Assembly: GCF_965363235.1 (NCBI RefSeq)
Contig: NC_134842.1
Coordinates: forward strand, 34,104,757-34,168,756
DNA from: Mytilus galloprovincialis
Lineage: Eukaryota
Length of the DNA: 64,000 bases
Direction: 5' to 3'
Both the position numbers and the translations under genes were made by a program. The notes beneath the pieces were generated by a model. That model was not told the origin of the DNA. It saw only the letters and a list, made by a program, of their open reading frames with translations, and made no database searches. Shown one piece after another: positions 38,299 to 50,278 of the stretch (its first letter is position 1; every line of letters begins with the position of its first letter).

Positions 38299-38426
38299 CA
38301 ATAATACATCAGCCACTTCATTGTAGAGCTTAAAATACCCTGTCAGTATATTAAAGTGGAAAGCTGGTGTCAACAATCGGCGATTTCTCTCCCATTTTGG
38401 TCCATTAGCTATTAACAAGCTTTGAC
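38299..38426 (-). CDS. CYP4 paralog B exon 3
   Basis: Acceptor ttttaag|GTCAAAGC. Translation [42 protein letters not shown]. Donor TTG|gtaagt. 128 nt. Confidence 0.82.
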
Positions 38427-38489
38427 CTTAAAAATGATAACAATTAATTCAATAATTAAATATCTGTGCTGTGCTTCATATCATTTTAA

Positions 38490-38698
38490 GGGGGTAGACC
38501 TAGGTTAAGGGAAATTACTCTTAAAATCATCAGTATGTTTGTGTCAACCATTTTCATAAATATATTCTAAGCTTCTAGGATACATAGGCTATTTCCAATC
38601 TGTTTCAGGTAAATGCTTAAAATACATTGAGGAAACTTGACATTCAGAAACACAAGAGTGATTTAAAGAGTTATCTCCCTGAACCAAGGTCTACCCCC
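38490..38698. mobile_element. MITE of about 210 bp with TIR TAAAGGGGGTAGACC (in intron 2 of B)
   Basis: TTAAGGGGGTAGACCTAGGTTAAGGGAAATTACTCTT...AAGAGTTATCTCCCTGAACCAAGGTCTACCCCCTTTAA. Confidence 0.65.
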
Positions 38699-39232
38699 TT
38701 TAAAAAATCTCTTGTGAATGTGAGACAAAAGAGGATTCATAACCTGCCCATAAATAATGCTTCAATATGAGATTTTACCAAGAGAATGTGAATATAGATC
38801 AATATAGGCACGGGGAAGACCTATAATGTCTATTAAGTGTATCATGTGGTAAAATGATAGTTAACTTTGAGTCTGATTATGCTTGAAGATGATGTGAATT
38901 TAAAATCAGACATTATAAATTTATTGTTAATTCAGCAATCATTGCATGCATTTATAATTGCGATTTTTGTAGAATGGACAAAAATGCAAGTAATTTCGAT
39001 TTCAGGAAACTTTGCATACAGATATATGTATCAGATGTCAGAATGTGACTTCTCACTATTGCAATACTCACTCAGTCCCATAATAAGCATGAATAAAACC
39101 TCACAATCATTTTCAATTTATAGTATTTATACAAAAACTCTTGTGCTCACCTTTTTTTCATGATATTGTTGACCTGAAAATCAATGTATTTCATTGCAAC
39201 TGATGTTATAAGTTTATCTAATCACAACTTAC

Positions 39233-39431
39233 CTAGCCATGGAACAAGAAAAGGATATCCTGGACCTATCGTTGTCTTTGGAGCATTAGATCTCATTACA
39301 ACTTTAATGGTGTCTGGATGTGCCAGGATAATAATTGGTTGGAATCGAAACAACCAAAACACATATAGTTTATCTCCCTTCCCTATACACTCCTCGTGCA
39401 TCCTAAACATCAGGTCACTGAAATCTTTTAT
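39233..39431 (-). CDS. CYP4 paralog B exon 2
   Basis: Acceptor gttttcag|ATAAAAGAT. Translation IKDFSDLMFRMHEECIGKGDKLYVFWLFRFQPIIILAHPDTIKVVMRSNAPKTTIGPGYPFLVPWLG. Donor G|gtaagt. 199 nt. Confidence 0.8.
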
Positions 39432-40282
39432 CTGAAAACACATTTATGTATATTATAACAACAAGGACAACAACAGCAACACCACTTGATTTTCAGAGGG
39501 TTACATGGTTAGTTTTTACTAATCTTCCCCAAGCCCTCATCAATTAAAACTAATTTCTATAACAAATCTAGCTGCTACATGCAGCTGCTTAAAGCTTGTG
39601 ATTAACAGTGAAGCAGGCACCTTTAAAATTTCTGAATTGAATGTCTTATCAACCACATTTAGGTGTGTATTCACTACCAGCTTTTTTACCCAAGACATCA
39701 TGTGGTTGGTAGAGGGAATGTGTATCATACACAACTATCATACATCACTGAAGACTCTGCAGTCGTTTTTTTTTTAAATAAAAAAAACCAAGAATGTGTC
39801 CATAGAACATGGATGCCCCACTCACACTATCATTTTCTATGTTCAGTGGACCCTGAAATTGGGGTTAAAACTCTAATTTGGCATAACGATTAGAAAGATA
39901 ATATCATAGGGAACATGTGTACTAAGTTTCAAGTTGATTGGACCTCAACTTCATCAAAAACTACATGTACCTTAACTAAATACTTTATCCTAAAGTGGGA
40001 CAGACGGAGGAACAGATGAATGGTCGGACAATTGAACTAAGGAATGAACGAATAGACGAACAAATGGATGCACAGACCAAAAAACATAATTCCCCTAAGT
40101 GGGGCATAAAAATCTTTATAGCTTTAAAAATCAGTTTTCTCATATGACTTTAAAAGATCTTATCAAGCTAAACTTTAAGGAAAACATTCCATCAAAATTT
40201 TACTGATAATTAAATTCTAATTATTGTTTGCATAAAACTTTCAACTGGTATCAAGAGTTTTTTTTCTGTACTGATTTTGATT

Positions 40283-40420
40283 GCACATGTACATGAGGAG
40301 TGTATAGGGAAGGGAGATAAACTATATGTGTTTTGGTTGTTTTGATTACAACCAATTATTATATTGGCACTAATCCAGATACCATTAAAGTTGTGATGTG
40401 ATCTAATAATTTTGTAACTT
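40283..40420 (+). pseudogene. Inverted, degenerate duplicate of paralog B exon 2 (pseudo-exon) inside B intron 1
   Basis: About 125 nt at roughly 90% identity to the sense sequence of B exon 2 (CACGAGGAGTGTATAGGGAAGGGAGATAAACTATATGTGTTTTGG...CCATTAAAGTTGT), on the opposite strand. In-frame stops. Confidence 0.7.
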
Positions 40421-40572
40421 TTTTTATTTGACTGATCATGATTGAAAAAGGGTAGTGTTTAAGTTATGTAAGTTTGGTGAAAATAAGGCTTATATCAATT
40501 ATCCCTAAATAAAGGAAGATTTACATAAACATGATAAAAAGCTATATAAATCCAACATGAAATAATTATTAC

Positions 40573-40737
40573 CTGAAAAATATTTCCAAAGAACCAATGT
40601 GGCTTTGGACCTGGTAATTTTGAAACAGACGTTATCACAAGTCTCAGCCATTTCAAATATTTAAATATTCTAATAGCAGCATAGGTCAACACTAAGGTCA
40701 CAGCACCGACTACAAATGTCCATGTTAATGTACCCAT
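40573..40737 (-). CDS. CYP4-family P450 paralog B, exon 1 of 12
   Basis: ATG at 40735-40737. Translation MGTLTWTFVVGAVTLVLTYAAIRIFKYLKWLRLVITSVSKLPGPKPHWFFGNIFQ. Donor CAG|gtaata. 165 nt. Confidence 0.8.
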
Positions 40738-43529
40738 AATTCTTATCTGCTGCTACTGTTTCCCATTATAGTATTCCTAAAATTAAAAAAAAAAGATACT
40801 TTTAATGTTAGGCTCACTTATTTTTACTACTTTTGATAAAAATCTACATAAGATTATAATATAAACTGTTAACACAAAGATATGTCTAACAGTAACCTTT
40901 ATGTTACCTATTCTAACATCTAACTCAGATTCTGTGTGTTTGTTTATTCTAAATTGGCTAGAGGAATAGGGGGAGGGTTGAGATCTTGCAAAACATGTTC
41001 AATGTGCCACATTTTTGCGTCTGTTCCAAGTCAGGAGCCTCTGGCCTTTGTTAGTCTTGTATGTTTAAAAAAAAATCATTTATGAGTTTCAGAGTTTAGT
41101 GTGACGTCCATTTTCGCTGAACTAGTACAAATTTTTGTTTAGGGGCCAGCTGAAGCCTATCTCTGGGTGCAGGATTTTCTCCCTGTGTTGAAGACCCATT
41201 GGTGGCCTTTGGCTGTTTTCTTCTCTTTGGTCGGGTTGCTGTCTCTTTGACATGTACATTCCGTTTCCATTCTCAATTTTATTTATGTAATTTTGATAGA
41301 ATAATGCAATTTATAAAATCAAAATGGCGTTTATAATTTGAACATATAAACAATGCAAATTATTCAACGTTAATGAATCATGACTAAAGTTTCAGAGCCC
41401 TGATCACCAGCAATAACCTCCATGGAAATGAGAAAAACGCCAATACTGAGGCATTTCAACTACCAACCAACCACCACTTCAGATAATACCACTGACTTAT
41501 CAAAATTGGTTCCCTTTCAATTCACCTAAACATTAAAACTTTAACATGTATGAACTATGCAAAAGTTTCAAGTCAATGAACTTATTTCAGTAATTTTTTT
41601 ATAAATAGCTGGAACAGTTTGTAGTCATGAAAACCCTCCAATTAAGACAATGTTTATGATGTTTATATTGGTAACTGTTGACTTTTTACAAAGCCATTTC
41701 TGTTTAACTGTTGAGACTGAGCCATTATATTTAAATATCACCAAGAATTATGTCTCACTATAAAAATCCTTGAGTATTATCTGCAGTTAGCACATTGTTA
41801 CAAAAAACAATTATACATACTTGATTTTATATGTTTGATATGTTCCAAAACTGTTTATGTATACAATCAATACATGTACATGTATGTAAAGGTGAGAGGA
41901 AAGAACTTATCTATTTTCTATCATATCTGTTATAATGTCAGACGATTGAAAAGTTCACGAAGTCTGAATTCATACAAATAATGTGAGTAACACTAGAAGG
42001 CTGTATAGTTGTTAATCTCTGTGTCATTTGGTATCTTGTGGAGAGTTGTCTCATTGGCAATCATACCACATCTTCTTTTTATAATTAATGCAACATTTTA
42101 CAGGATTGGATTTTATTCATTAAAAACTACATGTAAAAAAAGTTTTATAAGGTCCGGTTATATTACTCCATAACCTTTTAACTAAAAGGATATAATATAA
42201 TCAATGCTTAGTTAATGTGAAGTTTAATATGTTTAATGATGAATGTACTGATTCTACTGACCAGTTATTTTAAGCTATAAAACTGAGAATGGAAATGAAT
42301 ATGTCAAAGAAACAACAACCCAACCACTTAGTTCATAGTTTTACCTGAAATAAGGTGTAATATCCCAAGTGTTTGTCCCAAAACAGTATGTAGTTTAAAT
42401 TTGTATGTCCTAGTTATTTATATATATATAAACACTGTACTACACAATGTTTAATCAACATAAGTGGAAATTGAATGCACCCAAACTGAGTTTACCTGTA
42501 CTGGTAAATGTACGAGCTTTAAATCTTAAATGTATAGGATCTGTTAAACCATATTTGGCTGAATCTATTAATGGGTAATGTAGATTTGAATATTAAAAAG
42601 CATGATATAATTAGATACATGTATATATCATTAAAATTATTAAAACACTTCTGATAATTATATTCTGTAAATAAAAGTACCTTAAATCATTCCTTTTATT
42701 ATACATTTGTTATACGTACATTGTCAACATTACTATTATATATATTATATATAAATGTATTTAGATAATACAGTTCAAGTTCAATAATTCATTGTCAATC
42801 AAAGATACGCATTACAGATGCAATGACAGACAGAATTATCTTTATTGCAATCGTTTATGATTACAATGATTTCTGAGGTTACATTTTAGGAATAAAATGA
42901 TGAAAGGAAAAAAAAACATATATATATTTGATAATCATAATAATATATAATATATATGTATTTACATAAATAAAAACTGTCACATCTATCTTTGTAGATA
43001 TATTTATGTTTTGACATTGACAAATACAGAGGTCCTATAGTAAAATAGAAAACTGAATTCTGGATACTGTCGAATAAAATATGTTGTTTTGTCTGAGGCT
43101 GCCATAAACATATATACTTGTAATCACAATTGTATATAGATAAACCAAATCAATTTCGTCTAATTTTGTACTTCATTCCTTACATCAATTGATGTATACA
43201 TGTTGTACATATTGATCAAATTTTATTTCAGACACCTATGATTGTCACTTTAATCTTTAATAAGCTCCCTGGAACTAATAAAATACTCACCCTGAGTGCA
43301 AATGTTGAATGGAATTAGGAATACATGTTATAATTTGGACTTGACGGCTAGGATTTTAACACATTTTACCCTAACTGTTGATGGTGCTGATGATGATCAC
43401 ACCATATCAAGCATATCATTAAGATTATTATTTTCACTTGAATTCAACTAGTTGATCTGCATTGTAGGGTATGTAACAGATAGTGTAATTTTGAAATTTA
43501 TCTACATTTCATCGTTATTCAACTGATTT

Positions 43530-44640
43530 TTTTTTTGTTCTTTTTATACGACCGCAAAATTTGAAAAATTTTTCGTCGTATATTGCTATCACGTTGGCGT
43601 CGTCGTCTGCGTCGTCGTCGTCGTCCGAATACTTTTAGTTTTCGCACTCTAACTTTAGTAAAACTGAATAGAAATCTATGAAATTTTAACACAAGGTTTA
43701 TGACCACAAAAGGAAGGTTGGGATTGATTTTGGGAGTTTTGGTCCCAACATTTTAGAAATTAGGGGCCAAAAAGGGTCCAAATAAGCATTTTCTTGGTTT
43801 TCGCACTATAACTTTAGTTTAAGTTAATAGAAATCTATGAAATTTTGACACAAAGTTTATGACCACAAAAGAAAGGTTGGGATTGATTTTGGGAGTTTTG
43901 GTTCCAACAGTTTAGGAATTAGGGGCCAAAAAAGGGCCCAAATAAGCATTATTCTTGGTTTTTGCACAATAACTTTAGTTTAAGTAAATAGAAATCAATG
44001 AAATTTAAACACAATGTTTATGACCACAAAAGGAAGGTTGGTATTGATTTTGGGAGTTGAGGTCCCAACAGTTTAGGAATTAGGGGCCAAAAAGGGACCC
44101 AAATAAGCATTTTTCTTGGTTTTCGCACCATAACTTTAGTATAAGTAAATAGAAATGTATGAAATTTAAACACAAGGTTTATGACCATAAAAGGAAGGTT
44201 GGTATTGATTTTGGGAGTTTTGGTCCCAACAGTTTAGGAATAAAGGGCCCAAAGGGTTCAAAATTAAACTTTGTTTGATTTCATCAAAAATTGAATAATT
44301 GGGGTTCTTTGATATGCTGAATCTAAAAATGTACTTAGATTTTTGATTATTGGCCCAGTTTTCAAGTTGGTCCAAATCGGGGTCCAAAATTAAACTTTGT
44401 TTGATTTCATCAAAAATTGAATGATTGGGGTTCTTTGATATGCCAAATCTAACTGTGTATGTAGATTCTTAATTGTTGGTCCCGTTTTAAAATTGGTCTA
44501 CATTAAAGTCCAAAGGGTCCAAAATTAAACTAAGTTTGATTTTAACAAAAATTGAATTCTTGGGCCTCTTTGATATGCTGAATCTAAACATGTACTTAGA
44601 TTTTTGATTATGGGCCCAGTTTTCAAGTTGGTCCAAATCA
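43530..44640. repeat. Composite satellite region: a (TCG)n microsatellite plus a hairpin at 43545-43630; an about 180-bp-unit array x4 at 43640-44250; and the inverted copy of the 11340-12125 satellite at 44250-44640
   Basis: TTTCGCACTMTAACTTTAGT...GGTCCCAACAKTTTAGRAATTAGGGGCCAAAAAGGGTCCAAATAAGCATT repeats. Followed by GGGTCCAAAATTAAACTTTGTTTGATTTCATCAAAAATTGAAT..., which is the reverse complement of the left-hand satellite. Confidence 0.8.
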
Positions 44641-44870
44641 GGATCCAAATTATTATATTAAGTATTGTGCAATAGCAAGAAATTTTCAATTGCTCAGTAT
44701 TCAGCAATAGCAAGAAATCTTCAATTGCACAGTATTGTGCAATAGCAAGAAATCTTCAATTGCACAGTATTGTGCAATAGCAAATATTTTCAATTGCACA
44801 GTATTGCACAATAGCAAGAAATATCTAATTGCACAATATTGTGCAATAGCAAGAAATTCCAATTGGATTT
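44640..44870. repeat. About 38-bp minisatellite with an internal palindrome (ATTGCACAGTATTGTGCAATAGCAAGAAATCTTCA)n x6
   Basis: Read directly; TTGCACA..TGTGCAA palindromic cores. Confidence 0.85.
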
Positions 44871-45239
44871 CAATTGGAGTTATCTTTCTTTGTCCAGAAT
44901 AGTAGTTGAATCAACTTAAAACATTGTTTTATACAATATACAATGTATATTCACTTTTACTACCAACTGATAGATTAAAACAATCTTTACCATTCAGTTA
45001 TAACAAGCACTTTTTTTACATTTTAATATTTTATGATGTATTTAAATGAGTAGTTATTGTTGCAAACTTCATTAGAAATTTGAATTGAGATCAGTTTTGA
45101 AATAAGGGAAAGGGGGATGTGAAAAAAAAATTGGGGGGTCAATTTTTTTCATTTCAGATTTCATAAATAAAAAGAAAATTTCTTCAAACATTTTTTTGAG
45201 AGGATTAATATTCAACAGCATAGTGAATTGCTCAAAGGC

Positions 45240-45425
45240 AAAATTTTTTGTTTAAGTTCATTAGACCACATTCATTCTGTGTCAGAAACCTATGCTGTGT
45301 CAACTATTTAATCACAATCCAAATTTAGAGCTGAATCCAGCTTGAATGTTGTGTCCATACTTGCCCCAACCGTTCAGGGTTCAACCTCTGCGGTCGTATA
45401 ATGCTGCGCCCTGCGAAGCAACTGG
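45240..45425. repeat. Inverted copy of segment X (9775-9965)
   Basis: Reverse-complement match, including CGACCTCTGCGGTCGTATAATGCTGCGCCCTGCG. Confidence 0.75.
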
Positions 45426-45699
45426 TTTTATTTTAAAAGAGATTTGAAAAACAAAGCAATCATTTAACATAAATAGTCGTGCACTGCTCTATTAAAATAA
45501 ACTAATTTCAGTGGAGATTAATAAATGCTAGTCCAGGAAAACAATGGAATTGAATTACAAAGGTTTAAATTAATTATTCTTTTCAGGATCTTTTAGTATT
45601 CTGTGTAATAAAACAGATATATGTGTATAATGGGTATATACATGTATGTGAAAAATACTAGGCATGCAGTATTTACTTTCTCGAGAATGACATTTTACC

Positions 45700-46650
45700 A
45701 CTGCCTGTATGAAATATTTAGCAGGATTCTTACTAGACTATAGCAGGAATTCACATGGAATTGGCAGCAAATCTTAAATTCCTGTTTTAGACGTACTAAG
45801 AAAATTTCGGTTTTTCTGGCCGGATTTTTCATTTTCCTACAAGATTCCTGGGTTACTAACAGGAATATTTTTTTCCTGCTAGAAAATCTTTCTACCAGGA
45901 ATTTTTTCTTATTTAAACAGGATTATTATATCTTGACTGATATTGATTTAATTGTATTCAATTATCTTTAACTTAATTCCAGTTTGCTAATAACATTTAT
46001 TTTGCTGTGTTATAAGCAACCAGGTTCCAGTTTACAATTTCAAAAGTTGGAGGGTAAAAGATTCAGATTGCATGTGTATTTAAACAATGCTGCAAAGATT
46101 AAATAATTATCAGGGAAATATTTGAACAGTGAATATAAGACAGGATTGCTTATGAAGGTATTTGAGAAGAAGATTAAATATGAATAATGTTCTATATGTG
46201 GCTGATATTCAAACTAATGAATGACCCAGTTGTGTATATGTGTAAAACACTTCAGTTTATAATGTATATATATTTAGATTAATTCCTGCTAGAAAATCAA
46301 TTTTCCTAGTAGGAATTTATGAAAAAATCCTACCAGGAATCTGAATATTCAAATTAGAAGGAAAGTTGACAGGAATCCGAATATTCAAATTAGAAGGAAA
46401 GTTGACAGGAATCCTCAGCGGGTAGGCCGATTCTACTTTCCTGACAAATTATTCCTGCTATAAATTTAAATATACCTATAGTAGGAATCACATTATTCCT
46501 TAACTAAAAAAATCCTGCTAATTTAAATTTTTCGGCTGTTTTTCCTGGTGGATTTCTGATACAATGAAACTGGAATATGCACACTTTCCTCAGGTAGGAA
46601 TTCATAACAAATTCCTACTAGATTCCTTGTACATTCCTGTAAGACTAGTT
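45700..46650. repeat. Cluster of short direct and inverted sub-repeats (CCTGCTAG / AGGAATT / CAGGAATC). Includes a 39-bp tandem duplication at 46340-46420. Possible degraded DNA-transposon subterminal region.
   Basis: More than 15 occurrences of TCCTGCTA/TAGCAGGA and AGGAAT/ATTCCT within 1 kb. Confidence 0.4.
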
Positions 46651-46989
46651 CCTACAAGCAAACATGACGTATTTAATATAGTCCTTTTTTGTACTTGCAA
46701 GAAGAACGTTACTTTAAATAGTTATGTCTCTTAAATCTTTTTGCTATAGTTGATTTTTAGTGTGATTTGTGTTGGTCTGATGAGTCAATGGGGCCTTGGT
46801 GGCGGGGTGGTCTATTAGTAGTCGAACTTGGTGGTTCTCTCTGGGCACTATTGATTTCTCCACAACTAAAAACTGACCATCAAGAAATAGCACATTAGTG
46901 ATGAAAGCAGTGTTATAACACCAATCAATCAATCAATCTGATGAGTGAGTCAGTGGTTGCCGTTATCTTATTTGTTTTTCATTTAGGAG

Positions 46990-47160
46990 ATAACTGTATT
47001 GTATTTTAAGCTCCGACGGCATCAATTGGGGATTTGATGGTCGCAAATTAAGTTTACTGGCGACACATTAGCAGAGGCAGTAAAAGGGTATTTGCGACCA
47101 TCAAATCCCAAATTGATGCTGTCGGAGCTAAAATACAATATTGTTATGACTCCATTCTTA
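46990..47160. repeat. Large inverted repeat: about 47-bp arms (TATTTTAAGCTCCGACGGCATCAATTGGGGATTTGATGGTCGCAAAT) with about 45-bp spacer
   Basis: Arms are near-exact reverse complements. Confidence 0.8.
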
Positions 47161-48619
47161 CATTATTTTGTCTTACATGTAGATGAAACTGACAGAAAAC
47201 AACGTTAAAACATGTATTTAAAATCTGTCATATGCCGTCTGGGCTTGTGCGTATGTCCCATAATATCAATTGTCAATTGATGCCATGTAAGAAAGTGACG
47301 TTATCCAATCAAAATGAACGTTATAAATGTTGTTGCATTAGAATGTACATTAATCAGGTTGTCAGCTGTTCTTTGTTTTACATTTTACATGCCGAGGCAA
47401 TTTGATAAATTATATCACTTATATAGCTCTAAAACATCCATGCTTTTAAAACCTGGGAAATAATATGTTGACAATACTATTCCCAGCTATATAAAATTGA
47501 GAATGGAAACGGGGAATGTGTCAAAGAGACAACAACCTGACCAAAGAGCAGTGGAAAACAGCACAAGGCCACCAATGGGTCATTCAAAAGTCATGTCTAT
47601 ATGTGTCTATCTACATGCCAATCTTCTAACAACAGAGCCAAATATGATCTAAAAACTACGAATAACAATAGGGATTTGATCATGTCATTTTGTCCTCCCC
47701 CTTTTTTAGAATTATACTCCATTCAAGCGTAGATCTCGAAATAAATCATAACTTACCATGATGTAAAATATTTAGTTACAACTAGTTTACCTGAACGAAA
47801 AAATTCACAAAATCAAGCAAGCAAATATATAGATTTTTGCTATTCTATAAATCCTTTCGATAACATTCATTTTGTTGACATTTTTCGCGAATCGAAATTC
47901 AATGCTCGTTTCCCTCCCCTATGCACTACATCCCGAACTGAGAATTTATTTATGAAATTATAAGTTTGTTCGTGACAGTATGTCACTAACAGATCCTTTA
48001 ACCTCACTCTTCTTCAAACTTCTGTTTTGCTTTATTGGAAATTAAGTATAGACTTGCTTAACCTGTAAACCTCCTTTATAAAAACACATAAAGACTTAAA
48101 AAATGTATATAGTGTATATAATGTTGTTGTGTTACGATTGTTAATTTATTCTTCAATTATTTTTTTGGTGGTGGAACTGTTCGACATACAAAGTATGGTT
48201 ACCCTATAAAGGGTGAAGAAGAAGCTTATATTTTTTTCCGATTTTATATGAGACAGGTATTTATGCTTGAAATCCTCCATTATATTAAACTGTTAAACTG
48301 GACATGAAGGAGGGTAGGAATGACCTTTACCCTCAGGCTTCAAGTGGTCATTTTAGGCCACTGTTAGCGTCAAATTGGTTAAAATTTTACTGTGAGTCGT
48401 CAAAATATCCTTATTGTGATTCGTCAGAGGTCTCAAATAATTATCGTTATACCTTTATTTAAAAAAAAAATTAATGTAGTTCGTCAAAATCAGTCGATTT
48501 TTTTATCGTCTATATAAGAAAGTGTACATTTTTTACCGTTATTTGTCATGAAGGTAACCCAATTAGGATCCTCATGTACACTATCAGACAGATAATAAAC
48601 ATAATTTCGACATGTTCAA

Positions 48620-48862
48620 AGTGGGTCTCATTGGGGTCTAAGTGCAATGAAGTGTGATGCGGGATTGCCGTTTTTTTTTGGAAGTGTGACACGTGAAAGT
48701 CAAATTATTGTGCCGGGAAAACGGGAAATGATGTCTAGTGGGACACAGGAAATTACAAAAAAATGAGAATTGCTGAGGTACATAGTGTAATTAAGCGGGA
48801 TACGAGAATCTGGCAAAACAGTAAGCGGGATCCAGGATCAGAACCCCCCCAATGAGACCCCC
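48620..48862. mobile_element. MITE of about 240 bp with about 16-bp TIR GTGGGTCTCATTGGGG
   Basis: GTGGGTCTCATTGGGGTC...CCCCCCAATGAGACCCCCTTC. Confidence 0.6.
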
Positions 48863-48879
48863 TTCAAAGCAGTGGTTCA

Positions 48880-48985
48880 ACTACAGGCACTTGTTTCTAT
48901 CCATGGGAAGACCCACTATCAACGTATATTTACGATATAGTCGTTGATAGTGGGTCTTCCCATGGATAGAAACAAGTGCCTGTGG
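48880..48985. repeat. Perfect 41-bp-arm palindrome (CAGGCACTTGTTTCTATCCATGGGAAGACCCACTATCAACG) with a 17-bp loop
   Basis: Arms are exact reverse complements. Confidence 0.85.
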
Positions 48986-50113
48986 GTTCAAAGTGTACCC
49001 ATGACATTTAATCACATATGTTCTCAATACAAACCATTCTATATATCAAAATAATTTGGCTTTTACATTGGAATTATATGTCATAGTACATGTATATCTG
49101 GTATTCAGGCTAATAAGTATGGTCAGATCATAAGTTTTCGTATGTCATATGAATTTGTACTATGCATGCTTTTTTAATGGAAATTGTGACATCACAATGC
49201 ATTGTTAGTAGTACAAAAACCAATGAGACACGGATATTTAAAGATATGCTGGTCTGGCCACCCTTAATAAGACAAAGTAATATAATTTGTAATGTAGACT
49301 TTCTTCTGTGATATATTGTGTCATTTTCCTGGGTATGTTTGTGTCTGATAATACTGACACAAAATTGGACTAGGATAGCCACTGTCAACAAAGCTAGCCA
49401 ATAGTTCTAACAATCCTTTGATGTTTGTTCTTGTATTGTCATTGGTCATGTTGGTGATAGGTTGTATTAATCTACCAGTACATACATATAATACATGTGC
49501 ATATGCCTTTGAAGAGAATGGACCATTGCCAGGAGTCTTTATGTTTTTGAAGTTTGTCATTCACCCTCATTGTTTAAAACTGATCATTAACATGATTAAG
49601 ATATCAAAAATGAGGTAATGCTGATGAGACAACTTATATTAATCATTTGTTAATCCACCACCTGGAGATCTATAAGTTCAAGGATGATTGCTAACTTCTA
49701 CTGTAATAATTCATGCATACCATACATCCTTCAAAAATGAGCAAAACCAATGTTGAAAAGGATGCTGGAATTTAACAAATTCAGGAAACAGCATGGTTTA
49801 ACTTTAAGCTAATATAACATTAAACAACATGAACAGAGAACCATTATTGCAGAATTTAGCTACCAAAGACAATCATTCGGAGGACCACAGGCTTTTGAAA
49901 TCCAGAAGGCACATAGTTCTGTCATGTCTGCAGTGGCTGGAAGTGCATACAATGTAGATCACAGTACATCTGCCTCATCTTATCTCTCTGGGTCAGATGA
50001 TGAAATAATGTCAAGGCAAAAACTTGTATGATACACCATTGAACATGTTGAAAATAGATATACGTTTATACTGTCAAAATTTCAGATACATACAGTAAAT
50101 AACTGGTGCTACC

Positions 50114-50278
50114 ATGGCAGCTGTGTTGATGACGATAGCGATTGGTGTAGGTGTGTTGATTCTCACAGTTATCATTATAAACCTGATCAAGTTCTCAAAA
50201 TGGCATGGTCACATGGTCAGGACACTGTCTCATTTCCCAGGACCGAAAGCACATTGGTTGTTTGGAAATGCACTCCAG
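50114..50278 (+). CDS. CYP4-family P450 paralog C, exon 1 (gene continues past the window end)
   Basis: ATG at 50114. Translation MAAVLMTIAIGVGVLILTVIIINLIKFSKWHGHMVRTLSHFPGPKAHWLFGNALQ. Donor CAG|gtattt. 165 nt. Matches track ORF 50114..50308. Confidence 0.8.

Noticed and set aside
43519-43707. Track ORF 43519..43707(-) with an RRRRRRRRRQRD run
   Set aside because: It is an artefact of the (CGT)n microsatellite next to the satellite array.
49128-49618. Track ORFs 49128..49391(-), 49321..49560(-) and 49418..49618(+) about 500 bp upstream of the paralog C start
   Set aside because: They have no conserved motifs, they overlap on both strands, and no splice signals tie them to a gene. They are more likely promoter or 5' region sequence.
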